A DNA stretch of 32,000 bases, taken from positions 3,540,001 through 3,572,000 of the forward strand of contig NZ_RSDW01000001.1 of NCBI RefSeq assembly GCF_003945235.1, written 5' to 3'. The notes below the pieces were generated by a model. It had not been told where the DNA came from, searched no databases, and was given only the letters and a program-made list of their open reading frames with translations. Positions 24,542 through 32,000 of this stretch are shown in pieces; within the stretch, counting starts at the first letter, position 1, and the number at the start of each line of letters is the position of its first letter. A program made the translations under genes and the position numbers. This DNA comes from Edaphobacter aggregans (GTDB lineage Bacteria > Acidobacteriota > Terriglobia > Terriglobales > Acidobacteriaceae).

Positions 24542-27343
24542 CTAGAGGCGCTCCAGCTGGGCAAACTTCTCCACCAGCTTCTTTACGCCATGCTGTTGAA
24601 ATTGTACTGTAATCTTCGCATCATCCCCATCGCCTTCGCGACGAAACACGATTCCTTCCCCATACTTCGGGTGCCGCACCCGCGAGCCCTGCTTCAGCCC
24701 CGTCTTGCCCGTAGGCTCAGGAACATCCACCTTAGGCCGCGAAAACTTCTGTCCCGCTGCCTGTCCCCGCCCCGCAAAGAAGCTCGCAATATTGTCAATC
24801 GAGCCTCCACCACTCGCTGCCCGCGCACCAGACTTCGCCCGAGCCCCACTCGAAACCCCACCGCCACGCGGAGCGCTCTGATCCTCATCCTCATAGCTGT
24901 AGTGCCGCTCGCCCTCTTCGCGACCCGCGCCAAACCGGTTCGCCTTCGGATAAGGCGTCGCATACATCCCGCCATACCTCGACCCCGAAAACTGCGGCCG
25001 CGCCGGAGGACTCCCCAAATCCTCCACCAGCCGCGAGGGAACCTCCTCCAGAAACCGCGAAGCCACACTCGCTTCCGGCATATCGCTCCCATACCGCCGC
25101 CTGTATCGCGCCCGCGTCATCACCAGCGTATCCATCGCGCGCGTCATCCCGACATAGCAGAGCCGCCGCTCCTCCTCCATCCCCGACGGATCCATCAGCG
25201 TCCTCGAATGCGGAAACAGCCCCTCCTCCATCCCCGCCAGAAATACCAGCGGAAACTCTAGCCCCTTGGCCGCATGCAACGTCATCAGCGTCACCTTCGC
25301 CTCGGCCGAATACTGGTCCGCATCGCTCACCAGAGCCGCATGATCCAGAAACTCCTCCAACGTCTCCCCACGCTCCTGTGCATCCTGGGCAGCATTCGCC
25401 AATTCCTTCAAATTCTCAATCCGCGAGAAGCTCTCCGGCGTAGCCTCCTCCTCCAGCGCCCTGATATACCCACTCCGATCGTTCAAAAACTTAATCAACT
25501 CCGGCAAAGTAGCTGCATCCCCCGGCTTCCGAAACGCCGGCCTCTCCTCCAAATCTTTGCCCTCTCCCTTGTCATCCTTCGTTGAAGGCGGAGGATCTGC
25601 TTTTGTCCTTCGACTCGCCGCCGAACTCTTCAGCACCACCGGAGCAAACGGATTAAAACTAACCGCATCGATCCCATGCAACTCATCCGAGTCCCTGGCA
25701 TTCTCCGGAGCAATCGTAGAAAGCTCCTCGGTCGGCCCAAAATCAAACCCAAAATTAAAACTCGTATCGAACGAAGTATCCGCAGCGTCACCTGCCCCAG
25801 TCTCTACCGGCACTTCATCGTCGTCCGAATCCTCAGCCCCAAACCCAAACGAAGTATCCCCCTCCTCTTCCGCAAGGGGAGCGACATCCTCACTCAGCTT
25901 TTCCGCAAACCCCGGCCCCAGCATCGCCCGAGCATCTTCAATCAACCGCCTGAATCCGCTCAAATTAATCAGAGCCCGCTGAGGCAGCAGCTTGTCCTCA
26001 ATCGCCCTCCCCATCGCATCCCACGTACTCATCCCACTCGCCAGAGCCATCCGCTCCAGCGTCTCCATCGTCGTCTTTCCAATTCCTCGCGCCGGCGAAT
26101 TGATCACCCGATTCAGCGCAATCGAGTCATGCACATTCTGCACCAGCTTTAAATAACTCAGAATGTCCTTCACCTCAGCGCGGTCATAAAAGCTGAAGCC
26201 TCCCACCATGTGGTACTGAATCTGATACCGCCGCAGCGCCTCTTCCACCAGCCGCGACTGCGAGTTCGTCCTATACAGCACCGCACACCGAGGCTGCTCC
26301 TCCTGCTGCCCCGCCTCCCGCAGATACCGCTGCACCCGATCCGCAATAAACAGCGCCTCATTCTCGCCATCGGGAGCCTCATAGTACCCAATCAAGCTCC
26401 CGCCTTCGCGCGCAGTCCAAAGATTCTTCCCCTTGCGCTGCGTATTCTGTGCAACCACCGCGCCCGCACCCTCAAGAATCATCTGCGTCGACCGGTAGTT
26501 CTGCTCCAGCCGAATCGTCTTCACATCCGGAAAGTCCTTCTCAAAATCCAGAATGTTCTTGATATCTGCGCCGCGCCAGCTATAAATCGACTGGTCCTCA
26601 TCGCCCACCACGCAGATATTTCCATGCGACCCTGCCAGCAGTTTCATCAACTCATACTGCGGCCGGTTCGTATCCTGATACTCATCGATCATCACGTAGC
26701 GATAGCGCCTGTTATATCGCTCCCGCACCTCAGCCGAAGACTTCAGTAGCCGCACCGTCTCCAGCAACAGATCGTCAAAGTCCAGAGCATTCGCCTTGAA
26801 CAGCTCCTTCTTATAGATCTCGAAGATGTGCGCAATCTTCTCCTCCATCGGATTCGTCGAAGCAAGAAAATACTCCTGCGGATCGATCATGTGGTTCTTC
26901 GCCCACGAGATCCTCCCCAGCGCCACCCTCGGCTTCAGACTCTTGTCATCAATCGCCAGCCGCTTCAGTGCAGACTTCACCACCGCCTGCTGATCCGTCT
27001 CGTCATAGATCGCAAATGTCTTCGTCAACCCCACGCCATTCACGCGCAGAGCCTCAATATCCCGCCGCAATACCCGCACGCAGAAGCTGTGAAACGTAGC
27101 CAGCATCGGCTTCGCAAGCGACGTATGCCCCAGAATCTTATTGACCCTCTCCTCCATTTCCTTCGCGGCCTTATTCGTAAACGTCACCGCCAGAATCGAA
27201 TCCGCCGGCACACCGCGTTCCTGTATCAAATAAGCGATGCGATGCGTAATCACCCGCGTCTTTCCGCTACCCGCCCCTGCCAGCAAAAGCACCGGCCCAT
27301 CCACCGACTTGATCCCCTCCTGTTGCTGAGGGTTCATATTCAT
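24542..27343 (-). CDS. uvrD: UvrD/PcrA-family ATP-dependent DNA helicase, long form
   Basis: Helicase motifs are present: Walker A (LLLAGAGSGKTRVITHRIAYLI), VMIDEYQDTN, VVGDEDQSIYSWRGA, NYRST, LMTLHAAKGLEFPLVFL and RRLCYVGMTRA. The ATG at 27343 (MNMNPQQQEGI) is the probable start; the track ORF begins at GTG 27370. It carries an acidic disordered insert and a Gly/Ser/Ala/Arg linker leading to a C-terminal Tudor-like domain (GSRVRHPKYGEGIV...ITVQF). Confidence 0.9.
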   Translation of the reverse strand: MNMNPQQQEGIKSVDGPVLLLAGAGSGKTRVITHRIAYLIQERGVPADSILAVTFTNKAAKEMEERVNKILGHTSLAKPMLATFHSFCVRVLRRDIEALRVNGVGLTKTFAIYDETDQQAVVKSALKRLAIDDKSLKPRVALGRISWAKNHMIDPQEYFLASTNPMEEKIAHIFEIYKKELFKANALDFDDLLLETVRLLKSSAEVRERYNRRYRYVMIDEYQDTNRPQYELMKLLAGSHGNICVVGDEDQSIYSWRGADIKNILDFEKDFPDVKTIRLEQNYRSTQMILEGAGAVVAQNTQRKGKNLWTAREGGSLIGYYEAPDGENEALFIADRVQRYLREAGQQEEQPRCAVLYRTNSQSRLVEEALRRYQIQYHMVGGFSFYDRAEVKDILSYLKLVQNVHDSIALNRVINSPARGIGKTTMETLERMALASGMSTWDAMGRAIEDKLLPQRALINLSGFRRLIEDARAMLGPGFAEKLSEDVAPLAEEEGDTSFGFGAEDSDDDEVPVETGAGDAADTSFDTSFNFGFDFGPTEELSTIAPENARDSDELHGIDAVSFNPFAPVVLKSSAASRRTKADPPPSTKDDKGEGKDLEERPAFRKPGDAATLPELIKFLNDRSGYIRALEEEATPESFSRIENLKELANAAQDAQERGETLEEFLDHAALVSDADQYSAEAKVTLMTLHAAKGLEFPLVFLAGMEEGLFPHSRTLMDPSGMEEERRLCYVGMTRAMDTLVMTRARYRRRYGSDMPEASVASRFLEEVPSRLVEDLGSPPARPQFSGSRYGGMYATPYPKANRFGAGREEGERHYSYEDEDQSAPRGGGVSSGARAKSGARAASGGGSIDNIASFFAGRGQAAGQKFSRPKVDVPEPTGKTGLKQGSRVRHPKYGEGIVFRREGDGDDAKITVQFQQHGVKKLVEKFAQLERL

Positions 27344-27396
27344 CAAAAGTTCACTCAACGCGCTACACACTCCACTCCTTCAATCTTATCGCCCGT

Positions 27397-27447
27397 GAAC
27401 CATTCGTATCTTTCCACCATTCGTCACCACTAATCCACCACTCGTCA
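27397..27447. promoter_or_regulatory. Three direct CCAyTCGT-containing repeats in the divergent uvrD / Tat-protein intergenic region
   Basis: The three units are aaccattcgtatc (27397-27409), caccattcgtcac (27414-27426) and caccactcgtcac (27435-27447). Their function is unknown. Confidence 0.2.
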
Positions 27448-27562
27448 CATCGTCGAATCGAACGGAACTTTTGCAAGTCCAATCGCGTAAGTCTTCACCA
27501 ATCGAGCCTTCCGAACCATGGCGGCAGGCTCCCTTGAATCTTCGAAGTTACCTGGAGCCACT

Positions 27563-27901
27563 ATGAAACGTCGCAACTTTCTCGCTACTGTCGTCATCTC
27601 ATCTTCTCTGCTCGTTTCACAGGCTGTCTTCGCTGCGCCGGCAAGCATTCATTCGCCCGTCAACGCGATGTTCGGAAAACCGAAGACCGTCAAACTCACT
27701 CTCGTCAACGACTCTGGCGCACCCATGGAAGTCAAATGCGGCGATGATGTCGTCAAGCTGGACGCGGGCAAACCCGTCACCCTCAAGCTGACTACCGGAA
27801 CTCGCGTAGTCGCAAACAGCACCAGCCCTATGCATCAGCCGGGCTCGCTCATCGCAGAGGTCTCCGACTCTCTCAGCGGCGCGACCCTCCATATCAAATA
27901 G
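27563..27901 (+). CDS. Small secreted protein with a twin-arginine-like signal peptide
   Basis: The ATG at 27563 follows GGAG. The N-terminus is MKRRNFLATVVISSSLLVSQAVFA, followed by a ~85-aa beta-rich body. No family was recognised. Confidence 0.65.
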   Translation: MKRRNFLATVVISSSLLVSQAVFAAPASIHSPVNAMFGKPKTVKLTLVNDSGAPMEVKCGDDVVKLDAGKPVTLKLTTGTRVVANSTSPMHQPGSLIAEVSDSLSGATLHIK

Positions 27902-27920
27902 ATGTTGTAACTGCACTCCC

Positions 27921-27967
27921 AGCCGGTCGCCCTGCTTTTCTTAAGCGGGGAAGACCGGCTTTTTTTC
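27921..27967 (+). terminator. Strong Rho-independent terminator
   Basis: The extended stem is agccggtc-g-ccctgc / gcgggg-aa-gaccggct (27921-27960), followed by ttttttt. Confidence 0.85.
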
Positions 27968-27994
27968 GCAGTCAACAAAGTAGTAACCCATAAT

Positions 27995-28006
27995 GAACAA
28001 TTGTTC
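27995..28006. promoter_or_regulatory. Perfect palindrome GAACAATTGTTC (GAAC-N4-GTTC) upstream of the LOG gene
   Basis: Seen at 27995-28006, about 115 nt upstream of the ATG at 28120. It has the core geometry of Cheo-box-type LexA operators, but the identity of any binding protein is unknown. Confidence 0.25.
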
Positions 28007-28119
28007 CGAATCTCTTCGCTGTCGTCACCTCTGCCCATATCGCACATCGTTCACGCTGCATCAACTCGCAACGAGCCTTCCCCTGCAAAAGCAACCTGCA
28101 TCTTGATATCCTCTTGTTA

Positions 28120-28671
28120 ATGATCCACAACCTGGCCGTCTTCTGCGCCTCCGCCAACGGAGCCAACCCCATCTACTCCGAAGCCGCCGAGCACCTCGGC
28201 CGCACTCTCGCCCAACGCAACATTGGCCTCATCTACGGCGGAGCCACCGTCGGCCTCATGAGCGCTGTCGCCGAATCCTGCCTCGCCCACGGAGGCCGCG
28301 TCGTAGGCGTCATCCCCGAGGTCCTCGTCGATCTCGAAGTCGCCCACCAAGGCATCACCGAGCTCCACATCACCGACACTATGCACACCCGCAAGGCCCT
28401 CATGGGACAGAAGGCCGACGCCTTCCTCATCCTCCCCGGCGGCTTCGGCACTTTCGAAGAGATGTTTGAAGTCCTCGCATGGCAGACTCTCAAGCTCCAT
28501 CAAAAGCCCGTCGTCCTGCTCAACATCAACGGCTTCTACGACAAGCTCCTCACCTTCCTCGACCACTGCGTCGACGAAGGCATGCTCAAGCCGAAGAACC
28601 GCAAGATCCTCCTCGTAGCCAACACCGTCGAAGACGCCCTCGCCCAGCTCTCTGCCAACATAACCGCATAG
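28120..28671 (+). CDS. LOG-family nucleotide 5'-monophosphate nucleosidase (TIGR00730-type)
   Basis: MIHNLAVFCASANG...LIYGGATVGLMSAVA...ILPGGFGTFEEMFEVLAWQTLKLHQKPVVLLN contains the PGGxGTxxE signature. Confidence 0.9.
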   Translation: MIHNLAVFCASANGANPIYSEAAEHLGRTLAQRNIGLIYGGATVGLMSAVAESCLAHGGRVVGVIPEVLVDLEVAHQGITELHITDTMHTRKALMGQKADAFLILPGGFGTFEEMFEVLAWQTLKLHQKPVVLLNINGFYDKLLTFLDHCVDEGMLKPKNRKILLVANTVEDALAQLSANITA

Positions 28672-28682
28672 GCGAAGCAGCC

Positions 28683-29048
28683 TTACTTCGCCGCCGGATC
28701 AGCCTGCATCGCACCGAAGATGTGGCCTTCTGTGTCTTTGAAGTATGCCAGCCATCCAATACCAGGAATCGGCATCTTCGGCACCACACACTGCCCGCCC
28801 GCACCTTCAACGATCCCCACCGTTGCATCCAGATCTGCAACGTCCATCGTATTCACGCAAGGCTGTGCAGGATCACGCCGTGTCATCAAACCACCATTGA
28901 TCCCTGGCTCGCTCGTACCTGTATTGATGGTCCAGTACTCCATAGGCCCGCCCCACCGCTCAAACTTCCACCCGAATACCTTCTCGTAGAACCGCATCGC
29001 GCGTTCCGGTTTCTCAGCAGGAATCTCAAAATGAATAGGCCTGTTCAT
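28683..29048 (-). CDS. VOC (glyoxalase/bleomycin-resistance fold) family protein
   Basis: 121 aa. HFEIPAEKPERAMRFYEKVFGWKFE...IGWLAYFKDTEGHIFGAMQ is the typical VOC pattern. Confidence 0.85.
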   Translation of the reverse strand: MNRPIHFEIPAEKPERAMRFYEKVFGWKFERWGGPMEYWTINTGTSEPGINGGLMTRRDPAQPCVNTMDVADLDATVGIVEGAGGQCVVPKMPIPGIGWLAYFKDTEGHIFGAMQADPAAK

Positions 29049-29093
29049 CGATGTCCACCTCCGATGCCGACCATCCTACATCCCATCGACCAT

Positions 29094-29543
29094 CTAAGAT
29101 GAAGCCGAATCGCCTCGAGGTTTCACGCACATCTCACACTGGCAAACCCGCCGCAGATACTCCCACGAATAAATTCCGCTCTCATGCCCATCCGTCCATT
29201 TGAACTTCAGCGCATACTTGCCCACCGGCGTCACCTCAACCGGCCGCACTGGAGCCTCATACATCACCAGCAGAGTCTGCGCCTTGGGCTTGGCCACACC
29301 CACCGGTCGCCCACTCTTATCGCGCTCCTCATGACACGTCGCACACGGACACGCATTCCGCAGCCATGCAAAGCTCCACGCGCTGTGGTGCCCATCCTTC
29401 CAATTAATCTCGACCCCAGTGCCCTCCGTCTTCATCACGCGAACCTTCTTCGGAGTCACCGCATCCTCATGCAACCGTTCTTCCTCCGCGGACTCCCGCT
29501 GCGCCTGTTCCGCGCTCACAATTCGAATCCCTTCGTGGCTCAT
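29094..29543 (-). CDS. DUF971 (gamma-butyrobetaine hydroxylase N-terminal-like, Cys-rich) domain protein
   Basis: 149 aa. VEINWKDGHHSAWSFAWLRNACPCATCHEE and KFKWTDGHESGIYSWEYLRRVCQCEMC are DUF971 hallmarks. Its start overlaps the upstream stop codon (ATGA). Confidence 0.75.
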   Translation of the reverse strand: MSHEGIRIVSAEQAQRESAEEERLHEDAVTPKKVRVMKTEGTGVEINWKDGHHSAWSFAWLRNACPCATCHEERDKSGRPVGVAKPKAQTLLVMYEAPVRPVEVTPVGKYALKFKWTDGHESGIYSWEYLRRVCQCEMCVKPRGDSASS

Positions 29544-29833
29544 ACCCCTGTAATCTCCTTCACTGCATGGCGGTCAAAGTGCAGCTTCAGCACAAGAATG
29601 CTGATCGACAGCACAAACGTCACCGCGTTCGCCGCCGCAACCGGTGCCGAGCGCACCAGCACTCCATAGGTCAGCCACAGAGCCGTTCCTATCGAGAAGA
29701 TGGAAAACATCCCCAGCGAAATATCTCTCGCCGTCCGCAGCTTGACCACGCGAATCAATTGCGGCAGAAAAGATATCGTCGTGCATGTAGCCGCGACATA
29801 GCCGATAAAGTCGATCGTCTCCTGCCGTATCAT
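29540..29833 (-). CDS. SemiSWEET (PQ-loop, 3-TM) transporter
   Basis: 97 aa. FIGYVAATCTTISFLPQLIRVVKLRTARDISL contains the PQ motif, and there are three TMs. ATGA overlaps occur at both ends. Confidence 0.85.
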   Translation of the reverse strand: MIRQETIDFIGYVAATCTTISFLPQLIRVVKLRTARDISLGMFSIFSIGTALWLTYGVLVRSAPVAAANAVTFVLSISILVLKLHFDRHAVKEITGV

Positions 29834-30609
29834 CCATTCCTCCAGAAAAAATACGTTGCCGTAACGCAGCCCGTGATCACCACAATCCTGCGCAGCACAT
29901 CAGCATTCATTCGCCGCGCATACTGCGCCCCCACATAACCACCCAGCCCCGCAAACACCATCGAAATCAGGCAGTACCGCCAGATCACCGCGCCGCTAAA
30001 AATAAATATCACCACAGCACACAGATTCGCGAGGCAGGCCGCCAGCACTTTCAGCGAGTTCAGCGCATGCATCTCTTCCACGCCAAACAGCGCCAGCGCG
30101 GTCATGATCAAAAAACCCGATCCCGCCCCAAAGTACCCAATGTAGAAACTCACCGGCAGCAACACAAAGAACAGCGGCACCAAAGCCGGAGTTCTCGGCA
30201 AATGCGGCTCAGCCGACCTCCTCCGCAGCCACTGCGACACCGGCCCGCTAACCCAGAACAGCAGCGAAGCTATCAGCAGCAGCCAGGGCACAAGATGCAG
30301 AAACGTCATCTGCCCGGTCTTCAGCAGCACCACCGCTCCGCTTACCCCACCCAGAATCGCAGCCCCGCACACCACCGGCAGCAGGTCCCGACGCAAATCC
30401 CCACGCAACGCAGCCACCGAGGTCAACTGTCCCGGCCACAGCGCCACCGTGTTGGTCGCATTCGCCTGAATCGGCAGCACGCCCATAGCCAGCATCGCCG
30501 GAAATGAAAGGAACGATCCCCCTCCCGCCATAGCGTTCATCACCCCCGCAACCAACGAGGCGGTCACTAGCCACACGTAATGCCAATGCAAGTTGAATCC
30601 CGCTATCAT
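29830..30609 (-). CDS. TauE/SafE (TSUP, DUF81) family anion transporter
   Basis: 259 aa and about 8 TM. VAGVMNAMAGGGSFLSFPAMLAMGVLPIQANATN is the typical TSUP pattern. Confidence 0.85.
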   Translation of the reverse strand: MIAGFNLHWHYVWLVTASLVAGVMNAMAGGGSFLSFPAMLAMGVLPIQANATNTVALWPGQLTSVAALRGDLRRDLLPVVCGAAILGGVSGAVVLLKTGQMTFLHLVPWLLLIASLLFWVSGPVSQWLRRRSAEPHLPRTPALVPLFFVLLPVSFYIGYFGAGSGFLIMTALALFGVEEMHALNSLKVLAACLANLCAVVIFIFSGAVIWRYCLISMVFAGLGGYVGAQYARRMNADVLRRIVVITGCVTATYFFWRNG

Positions 30610-30640
30610 CCATCTTCCATTGTATCGGCTTCACGACCGA

Positions 30641-30820
30641 CCGCGGATCACACGGATCAGCGCGGATCAAAAGACAGACAGAAGCTCTTGTTCTTCACCT
30701 CTTTGCCTGTTTTGGATCGGTGTCATCGGTGTAAATCGGTGTTAAGTATTTACTCGGCGGCGGCGCTCCAGCTAACGGCTCGAAGATGCATTTAATCCGT
30801 TTTATCCGTGCAATCCGCGG
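30641..30820. mobile_element. MITE-like ~180-bp element with imperfect terminal inverted repeats and internal short tandem repeats
   Basis: The left end is ccgcggatcacacggatcagcgcggat (30641-30667). The reverse complement of the right end (30794-30820) is ccgcggattgcacggataaaacggatt. Inside, atcggtgt occurs three times (30716-30742). There is no coding capacity. The right arm overlaps the last 6 codons and the stop of the ABC ATPase. Confidence 0.5.
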
Positions 30821-31587
30821 TCGCCCGGCATCTCCGGAGTAGCCGCAATCAATCGCCGCGTGTACTCATGCGCCGGCTTCTCACAAACCTGCGCACACTC
30901 CCCCAGTTCCACCAGTCGCCCACGCTGCATCACCGCCACCCGATCACACAAATACCGTACCAGCGGCATCGAATGCGAAATAAACAAATAAGTCAGCCCA
31001 TACTGCCGCTGCAAATCCCGCAGCAGATTCACCACCTGCGCCCCCACGCTTACATCCAGCGCACTCACCGGCTCATCCAGCACCACAAACTCCGGCCTTA
31101 GCGCCAGCGCCCGAGCAATATTGATCCGCTGCCTCTGCCCTCCACTAAACTCATGCGGATACCGTTCCAGAGCCGACTCATCCAACCCAACCTCACGCAG
31201 CATCACCACCAACTGATCCCTGTTCCCTGATCCCTGTTCCCTATGAATAGCAAACGGCTCCGCCAGAATCTCCCTCACCCGCATCCTTGGATTCAGCGCC
31301 GCAAACGGATCCTGAAACACCACCTGCATCCGCCGCCGCATCTCTCTCATCTCACCCGAGCTCGCAGCCAGCAGATCGACGCCTCCATACCGCACCTCGC
31401 CCGCCGTAGGTTCTACCAATCGCAGCAGCATCCGCGCCACCGTACTCTTACCCGACCCCGACTCCCCCACCAAACCCAGCGTCTCCCCGCGTCGTATCGC
31501 AAACGAAACATCGTCCACCACCCGCGCCCCCGTGCCGTACTGCTTCACCAGCCCCCGCGTCTGCACCAATACATCATCCATCGCCAT
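30802..31587 (-). CDS. ABC transporter ATP-binding protein, Dpp/Opp 'F'-type, with no adjacent permease or binding-protein genes
   Basis: 261 aa with Walker A (GLVGESGSGKST), the signature FSGGQRQR, Walker B (FVVLDEPVSALD) and the H-loop (ISHS). Confidence 0.9.
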   Translation of the reverse strand: MAMDDVLVQTRGLVKQYGTGARVVDDVSFAIRRGETLGLVGESGSGKSTVARMLLRLVEPTAGEVRYGGVDLLAASSGEMREMRRRMQVVFQDPFAALNPRMRVREILAEPFAIHREQGSGNRDQLVVMLREVGLDESALERYPHEFSGGQRQRINIARALALRPEFVVLDEPVSALDVSVGAQVVNLLRDLQRQYGLTYLFISHSMPLVRYLCDRVAVMQRGRLVELGECAQVCEKPAHEYTRRLIAATPEMPGDRGLHG

Positions 31588-31624
31588 AGCCGGATGCTAC
31601 CATCCAAAAAACGTCTGCAAAAAC

Positions 31625-32000
31625 ATGGAACGAACCCATACCCCTCGATCAGCAACCAGCCTCACCGGCAAGACCGCCCTCGTCACCGGAGCTAGTGCCG
31701 GAATAGGCCGAGCTACGGCTATCGCGCTAGCCCATCACGGAGCCAACCTGGTCGTCACCGCCCGCCGCGAAGACCGACTCCGTCAGCTTTGCGACCACAT
31801 CGAATCCACCGGCGCCAAAGCCGTCTTCCACGCCGGGGACGCCTCCCGCGACGACACCGCCCGCCAGACCGTAGCCCTCGCCATCGCCGCCTTTGGCCAC
31901 CTCGACATCCTCATCAACAACGCCGGTGCAGGGAACTACAAAAACCTCGTCGACACCACCGTCGAGGATTACGACACCCTCATGGACGCCAACATGAAGT
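31625..32000 (+). CDS. Short-chain dehydrogenase/reductase (SDR), N-terminal part; continues beyond the window end
   Basis: The ATG at 31625 opens MERTHTPRSATSLTGKTALVTGASAGIGRATAIALA...LDILINNAGAG, which contains the TGxxxGIG and NNAG motifs. The frame is open to the window end. Confidence 0.85.
   Translation, partial: MERTHTPRSATSLTGKTALVTGASAGIGRATAIALAHHGANLVVTARREDRLRQLCDHIESTGAKAVFHAGDASRDDTARQTVALAIAAFGHLDILINNAGAGNYKNLVDTTVEDYDTLMDANMK

Noticed and set aside
25606-25620. 12-nt match (gagtcgaaggac, reverse strand) between the uvrD insertion and the 17138-17196 repeat
   Set aside because: Dozens of 12-mer matches are expected by chance within 32 kb on both strands, so this is not evidence that the repeat was exapted into the helicase.
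29522-29530. T-loop-like ttcgaatcc, a possible tRNA
   Set aside because: It lies inside the DUF971 CDS and has no acceptor or anticodon stem context. I recognised no tRNA genes anywhere in the window.

Overview
High-GC bacterial chromosomal segment. It is probably from an Acidobacteriota (Terriglobia-like) genome; I infer this from an acidobacterial-type VWFA protein, a PEP-CTERM protein and several short intergenic hairpin repeat families. No rRNA, tRNA, CRISPR array, integrase or transposase was recognised.

The backbone genes are:
- an RND efflux pair (adaptor plus partial permease)
- a HAD-UbiA fusion
- pheS and pheT
- a ZapB-like gene and zapA
- a TPR/TlpA-like thioredoxin
- paiB
- an Lgt-like protein
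- rluD
- a VWA protein
- an APC permease plus adenosine deaminase
- a long UvrD/PcrA helicase
- a LOG-family enzyme
- a VOC protein
- a translationally coupled TauE/SemiSWEET/DUF971 trio
- an orphan Dpp/Opp-type ABC ATPase
- a partial SDR

The most notable signal is that pheS and pheT, normally adjacent, lie 6.15 kb apart with eight unrelated genes between them.
- The last 66 nt of pheS occur three times in direct orientation (5636-5701, 6473-6506, 7738-7803), bracketing two AT-richer cargo segments.
- The distal pheS copy is fused to a truncated third copy of a tandemly duplicated bestrophin-like (DUF4239-like) membrane gene.
- This looks like serial insertion or accretion at the pheS 3' end.

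Other items worth a second look:
- an unclassified rod-shaped structured-RNA candidate downstream of paiB
- an APC permease whose conserved N-terminus has no canonical start codon
- an unannotated 51-aa basic ORF
- a MITE-like element that supplies the stop codon of the ABC ATPase
- a PheT lacking the OB-fold tRNA-binding domain
- an Lgt-like protein lacking the Lgt signature

All family assignments come from reading motifs by eye; no database search was run.
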